From positions 433,390 to 497,389 of the forward strand of contig NZ_JBBKAR010000033.1 of NCBI RefSeq assembly GCF_037722395.1: DNA of 64,000 nucleotides, in the 5' to 3' direction. The position numbers were made by a program, and so were the translations under genes. This stretch comes from Saccharibacillus sacchari (GTDB lineage: Bacteria; Bacillota; Bacilli; Paenibacillales; Paenibacillaceae). This document shows, one piece after another, positions 59,839 to 64,000 of the stretch. Each line of letters opens with the position of its first letter. Positions within the stretch are counted from its first letter, which is position 1. Below the pieces are notes generated by a model that was not told where the DNA came from, made no database searches, and worked only from the letters and a program-made list of their open reading frames with translations.

Positions 59839-60042
59839 CTAGGGCGTGTTTGAAAACTCCGAAGGAAGCAGATTTTGCCGAATTTTCGTTTGCAACAAGG
59901 AAGGGTTTCGCAGTCGTGCCGGGGCACGTCAAGAAACCGTGACGCGGCGTCGCCGGAACCGTACGCGCTTTAGGCACGGTTCCGGTAGCGGGCGAAAAGA
60001 CGGTAAAAGATGTACGTCGCCCAAGTTTTCAAACACGCCCTA
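59839..60042. mobile_element. MITE-like element (copy 2), same family as 25373-25536, inserted directly next to the CRISPR trailer-end repeat
   Basis: A perfect 19-bp terminal inverted repeat TAGGGCGTGTTTGAAAACT / AGTTTTCAAACACGCCCTA is flanked by TA. Its interior aligns with the reverse complement of copy 1 and carries an extra ~40-nt hairpin insert. Confidence 0.7.
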
Positions 60043-60069
60043 ATTGTAACCAATCGTATTCAAGGTTGT

Positions 60070-60700
60070 GTTTCAATGCGCGCTCCCGCATGAGGAGCGA
60101 CAAGAGGTTTGCCCGCTGTGCGCTGCAAATCCAGGGTTTCAATCCACGCTCCCGCATGAGGAGCGACGGCAGCGCGTTCCGCTACCCAGGGCGCAACAGT
60201 GCGTTTCAATCCACGCTCCCGCATGAGGAGCGACGATCGCGCGCATCGGTTTGACGATTGCAGGCTGGTTTCAATCCACGCTCCCGCATGAAGAGCGACA
60301 AGCACATGGTAGATCCGGTAAACCTCGATCTCCCGTTTCAATCCACGCTCCCGCATGAAGAGCGACTTTGCAGTGTTCTGCACCAGCTGCTACTACACCA
60401 GTGTTTCAATCCACGCTCCCGCATGAAGAGCGACCGTCTGGAATCTTACGATAATGTCTTACAGATAGGTTTCAATCCACGCTCCCGCATGAAGAGCGAC
60501 CTATGCAGGATGCCAGCAGCTCCAACTATTATGTGTTTCAATCCACGCTCCCGCATGAAGAGCGACTTACAATGTTGGTGGGGTTTGGCAGCCTTGGAGC
60601 GTTTCAATCCACGCTCCCGCATGAAGAGCGACTAGAGACTCGATATTTTTACCCTCTCTATAAAGGCTGTTTCAATCCACGCTCCCGCATGAAGAGCGAC
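60070..60700 (-). CRISPR. CRISPR array with 10 repeats and 9 spacers (33-36 nt); the 32-nt repeat resembles type I-C. It is likely transcribed on the minus strand, with the leader at 60701-~60880.
   Basis: Plus-strand repeat GTTTCAATCCACGCTCCCGCATGAAGAGCGAC. Its reverse complement GTCGCTCTTCATGCGGGAGCGTGGATTGAAAC has the GTCGC…GTGGATTGAAAC shape of subtype I-C repeats. The seven rightmost repeats are identical. The three leftmost carry 1, 1 and 3 substitutions, which marks the degenerate trailer end. Confidence 0.9.
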
Positions 60701-60825
60701 TGTACCCACCCTCAGCCCTTACACCGCAAGGCTTCACGGGCCGAAAAGTGCGAACCTCCAATTTAGCCTAACGAAACCTGGACAAAAATACAAGCAAAAC
60801 CCTCCAACCCCTTACGTAGCGCGGG

Positions 60826-60925
60826 GTGCGAACCTCCCGGGGATTTCATGGGAGCTGTAGGTTCGCACTTTTTTCTTCTATAAAATAAAGACCTCGATCC
60901 CCACACGAGGACCGAAGTCTTTATT
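60826..60925. terminator. two adjacent hairpins: a plus-strand hairpin+T6 (60826-60874) and the minus-strand galU terminator (60880-60925)
   Basis: GTGCGAACCT…AGGTTCGCAC followed by TTTTTT, and AAAGACTTCG…CGAGGTCTTT followed by ATTTT on the minus strand. Confidence 0.6.
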
Positions 60926-60951
60926 CCGAACTATTCGGACAACCGCATCCT

Positions 60952-61875
60952 TCAATCGCCCGACTGCCGCATCGCGCTTACTCCGGAAGCCGATACAGTA
61001 GCATATTCGGGGCGGGAGACCAGTTCATGCAGATAATCCAGCAGCATCGGAGACAGCTCCTGGCGGCGCAGGCCGATCTCCAGGATCGCTTTCATATAGC
61101 CGAATTTATCGCCGATGTCGTAGCGATCGCCGGCGAGTTCAAGAGCGAGCAATCCGTCCTCGACGCAGGCAGCGTGCAAAGCGTCGGTTAATTGATACTC
61201 GCCTCCCGCGCCGGGCGGGATCGCTTCGAGTATCTCGAAGATCGAAGGATTCAGGATATAGCGGCCCATGACCGCCATATTGGACGGGGCTTCTTGCGGA
61301 GCAGGCTTTTCGATTAGGCCAGCCGCCGTGTGTACCCGGCCTTGCGCAACGCCAGGCACCAGAATCCCATATTTGTTGACTTCCGAATACGGAACAGGCT
61401 GAACGCCTACGATATGGCGCCCCGTTTCTTCGTATAAACGAGTCATTTGCTTGAGTGCGGGCGGATCGGAGACCATAATGTCGTCACCCAGCAGCACGGC
61501 AAAAGGTTCGTCTCCGATAAACTGTTTCGCACACAAAATAGCATGACCCAGTCCCAAAGGCTCGCGTTGACGGATGTAATGGATACTCGCCATCGAACCG
61601 ATCGAGCGTACGTTTTCCAACAAGTCGAGCTTGCCTTTCGCTTCGAGCTGTTGTTCCAATTCTACCGATTTGTCGAAATGGTCTTCGATGGACTTCTTGT
61701 TGCGCCCCGTCACGATAATGATGCTTTCGATTCCGGCTGCGACCGCTTCTTCGACAATATATTGAATAGCAGGCTTATCGACAATCGGGAGCATTTCTTT
61801 CGGTTGGGCTTTGGTCGCAGGGAGGAAACGCGTTCCCAGGCCTGCGGCCGGAATGACGGCTTTTCGGATTCTCAT
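60952..61875 (-). CDS. galU: UTP--glucose-1-phosphate uridylyltransferase
   Basis: N-terminal motif MRIRKAVIPAAGLGTRFLPATKAQPKEMLPIVDKP. Confidence 0.92.
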   Translation of the reverse strand: MRIRKAVIPAAGLGTRFLPATKAQPKEMLPIVDKPAIQYIVEEAVAAGIESIIIVTGRNKKSIEDHFDKSVELEQQLEAKGKLDLLENVRSIGSMASIHYIRQREPLGLGHAILCAKQFIGDEPFAVLLGDDIMVSDPPALKQMTRLYEETGRHIVGVQPVPYSEVNKYGILVPGVAQGRVHTAAGLIEKPAPQEAPSNMAVMGRYILNPSIFEILEAIPPGAGGEYQLTDALHAACVEDGLLALELAGDRYDIGDKFGYMKAILEIGLRRQELSPMLLDYLHELVSRPEYATVSASGVSAMRQSGD

Positions 61876-63035
61876 CAGCGATCACTCCTTCTCGTGCTAT
61901 GGTGAACGACGTGACCGGAGGCATTTCCGTGTCCGGTTGGATAATGAGTGCGATCCCGGAAAGGCGTATGTTCATTCGCTTCGATATGCACCACGGATTC
62001 TGTTTCGCGTTGATGGGCAGAGGACGCGTACATGGATTCTTTTCCATAGGCTTCGGGTGCAAAACGGCTGCGAGTATCTGTTTCCCGCGAAGGAACCCGC
62101 TGCATATTATGCGTTTCGCGAACGATGTAGAGCGGACGGCCTTTGACTTCGTCATAGATGCGCCCGATATATTCGCCGATTACGCCAAGCATAATCAAGG
62201 TTACGCCGTTAAAGATCAGCATTAAGCAGATCGTCGAGGCCCAGCCGCGCATCGTAGTGTCCGTGAACAAAGCCATCGCGACCGCGTACAGCATATACAC
62301 AAATCCGGCTACGGACATGATCGCCCCGGCGTAACCGGCCAATTTGAGCGGTTTATGGGAAAAGGAAGTCAGGCCGTCCAGGGACAGTTTAATCATCTTT
62401 TTCAGCGGATATTTGGTCTCGCCCGCCAGACGCTCATCCCGCTCGTATTCAATCGCAACCTGCCGGAAGCCTGTCCAGCTCACCAGTCCGCGTACAAACG
62501 GATTACGTTCGCCAAGGCGGTTCATCTCGTCGCAGACTTTGCGGTCGATCAGGCGGAAGTCGCCGGTATCGACCGGAATCGGCACCTCGGTCGAAGCATG
62601 GAGAATGCGATAGAAGAGAGAGGCCGACCATTTTTTGAAAAGAGATTCGCCTTTGCGCTTGGAGCGCTTGGCATAGACCACCTCGTACCCTTCATGCCAT
62701 TTGTCCAGCATATCGAGGATTAGCTCCGGCGGATCTTGCAGATCCGCATCGATAATGATGACCGCATCGCCGGACGCGTAATCCATACCTGCCGTGACCG
62801 CAATCTGGTGACCGAAGTTACGGGAGAAATCGATCAGCTTGACCGACTCGTCCCGGTGCGACAGCTCGCGGATGATATCCGGCGAGCGATCCACTCCTCC
62901 GTCGTTGATAAACAGCAGCTCATAGCTTTCGCCTGTCCGGCGCATGACGTCCGACAAACGGCGGTACGTCTCGGCGATGACCGCTTCTTCGTTGTACATA
63001 GGGATAATGACGGAAATTCGCGCTTGATTGTTCAT
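61875..63035 (-). CDS. GT2 polyprenyl-phosphate glycosyltransferase (GtrB/DPM1-like; YkcC/CsbB-like) with a ~70-aa C-terminal extension
   Basis: …VIIPMYNEE…, DxD IIDADLQDPPE and two C-terminal transmembrane segments are present. Its stop overlaps the galU start (TGATG). Confidence 0.85.
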   Translation of the reverse strand: MNNQARISVIIPMYNEEAVIAETYRRLSDVMRRTGESYELLFINDGGVDRSPDIIRELSHRDESVKLIDFSRNFGHQIAVTAGMDYASGDAVIIIDADLQDPPELILDMLDKWHEGYEVVYAKRSKRKGESLFKKWSASLFYRILHASTEVPIPVDTGDFRLIDRKVCDEMNRLGERNPFVRGLVSWTGFRQVAIEYERDERLAGETKYPLKKMIKLSLDGLTSFSHKPLKLAGYAGAIMSVAGFVYMLYAVAMALFTDTTMRGWASTICLMLIFNGVTLIMLGVIGEYIGRIYDEVKGRPLYIVRETHNMQRVPSRETDTRSRFAPEAYGKESMYASSAHQRETESVVHIEANEHTPFRDRTHYPTGHGNASGHVVHHSTRRSDR

Positions 63036-63074
63036 CGTATTCGCCTCCTTGAAAGGTCTGGACTTGTCGAATCG

Positions 63075-64000
63075 TTACTCCGGCAAAGTCACTTCATATA
63101 GGGTCAGGTTGTCATTGAAGCCGAAAGGATTCTGCGTATCGGCAGTTGAGGTGTCCGTATCCGTGTCCGCTGTGGTTTGCCATTCGGAAGACGGAATTTC
63201 GGTGCCATGTTCCGTGATCCAGTCGGTGACCTCCGAATTGCCGTCGCGCCCTCCGCCCATCCCGCCGCCGAGCAGGAAATACTTGACCTTGCCGCTGCGG
63301 ACGAGTGCTTCGAGCGTCTCGGGCGTATAGACTTCGTCGGAAGCGTTGAAGCCGTTTAAAATAACCAGGCTTTCGCCTTCGTCGATCATGTAAGGAGCAG
63401 CGGTGGTGTAGTTGGTGACGGCCATCAGGTATTGTTCGCCCGTATTGTGTTCACGCAGATAAGCGAGCAGCTCCTGATTGGCGGATTCCGAATCATTCAT
63501 GCCGCCGAATCCGCCATTATTTCGACCCGAGCTACCGGGCATGGCTCCGGTGTTCGCCGCGTCATCGTCAGTAGCGGCGTTGCTGGTTGCCGTCGCAGGA
63601 CCGTTGCCGCCCGGCATGCCCATCCCGCCTGGGAATCCATTTTCCGAATTGCTTCCGCCAGGGAAGCTTCCTCGTCCGCCGCCACCGCCTCCGAATGCTG
63701 AACTGCTACCATCGGGACCGGCTGCCGGTAACTGTGAATTTTGACCGTACACGATCGGCGTGAACGACCAGTAGATCGGACCGATAAACATAGCCGCCAG
63801 TGCCGCGATGAGCGAAGCTTGCTGTAAACGGTTGTTACTGCCACGCTTGAACACCGCAAGTAACGCAGCTGCGACAATGCCCAGAATCAGTACACCGATC
63901 GACCAGAAGCTGCCAATCGTATCGTCGTACGGATGAAGAATGAACCACGAGAATACCGTCGTTGCAAGTACGGAGACGGGCAGCAGCCACGAAGACCATT
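63075..64000 (-). CDS. GT-C (GT39/ArnT/PMT-like, YkcB-like) membrane glycosyltransferase, C-terminal part. The gene continues past the window end.
   Basis: The frame is open to position 64000 with transmembrane segments. A Gly-rich linker precedes a C-terminal domain ending …LVILNGFNASDEVYTPETLEALVRSGKVKYFLLGG, which is typical of YkcB-like proteins paired with a GtrB-like GT2. Confidence 0.6.
   Translation of the reverse strand, partial: WSSWLLPVSVLATTVFSWFILHPYDDTIGSFWSIGVLILGIVAAALLAVFKRGSNNRLQQASLIAALAAMFIGPIYWSFTPIVYGQNSQLPAAGPDGSSSAFGGGGGGRGSFPGGSNSENGFPGGMGMPGGNGPATATSNAATDDDAANTGAMPGSSGRNNGGFGGMNDSESANQELLAYLREHNTGEQYLMAVTNYTTAAPYMIDEGESLVILNGFNASDEVYTPETLEALVRSGKVKYFLLGGGMGGGRDGNSEVTDWITEHGTEIPSSEWQTTADTDTDTSTADTQNPFGFNDNLTLYEVTLPE

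Noticed and set aside
60045-60069. Additional degenerate CRISPR repeats left of repeat 1
   Set aside because: No further sequence resembling the repeat could be found between the MITE end (60042) and 60070, nor inside the 59009-59840 region.

Overview
Probably a Paenibacillus-like (Bacillales) chromosome segment; GC is roughly 55-58% and SLH-domain proteins are present. Positions 1-21,200 are a conserved housekeeping block in Bacillus-like order: yicC/yloC tail, remA, gmk, rpoZ, coaBC, priA, def, fmt, rsmB, rlmN, prpC, prkC, rsgA, rpe, then rpmB on the minus strand, a yloV-like DAK2 gene, a DegV gene and recG. Bacillus synteny breaks after recG. The next ~22 kb look accessory: a LytS/LytTR two-component system with an OFA-family MFS transporter, an ECF-sigma / anti-sigma / ABC module, a DUF4253-like protein, an SPFH protein, an SLH-anchored serine hydrolase, a YtrA-like GntR-ABC operon, two tandem near-identical dCache chemoreceptors and a SUFU-like protein. 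After that come the fruRKA fructose PTS operon and a glycosyltransferase/flippase cluster. Next are a frameshifted ABC exporter, two YtxH-like genes, an ABC exporter, AlaX-L and a 281-aa hypothetical. The window ends with a CRISPR array of 10 repeats with type I-C-like repeats and no cas genes within the flanking ~10.8 kb upstream or 3.3 kb downstream, followed by galU, a GtrB-like GT2 and a partial GT-C gene. I did not find an obvious new multi-gene defence or biosynthetic system. The most notable unexplained signals are two previously unannotated repeat families. The first is a ~100-145 bp element in four copies that shares a near-identical 55-nt hairpin core. The second is a ~160-200 bp element in two copies with ~19-bp terminal inverted repeats flanked by TA, one copy directly abutting the CRISPR trailer. 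Also unexplained are two ~0.8-1 kb ORF-free islands (30291-31342 and 59009-59840) and a ~300-nt structured leader upstream of the yloV-like gene where an Asp23 gene would be expected. No tRNA or rRNA genes were seen. All calls rest on reading the translations and sequence directly; no database searches were run.
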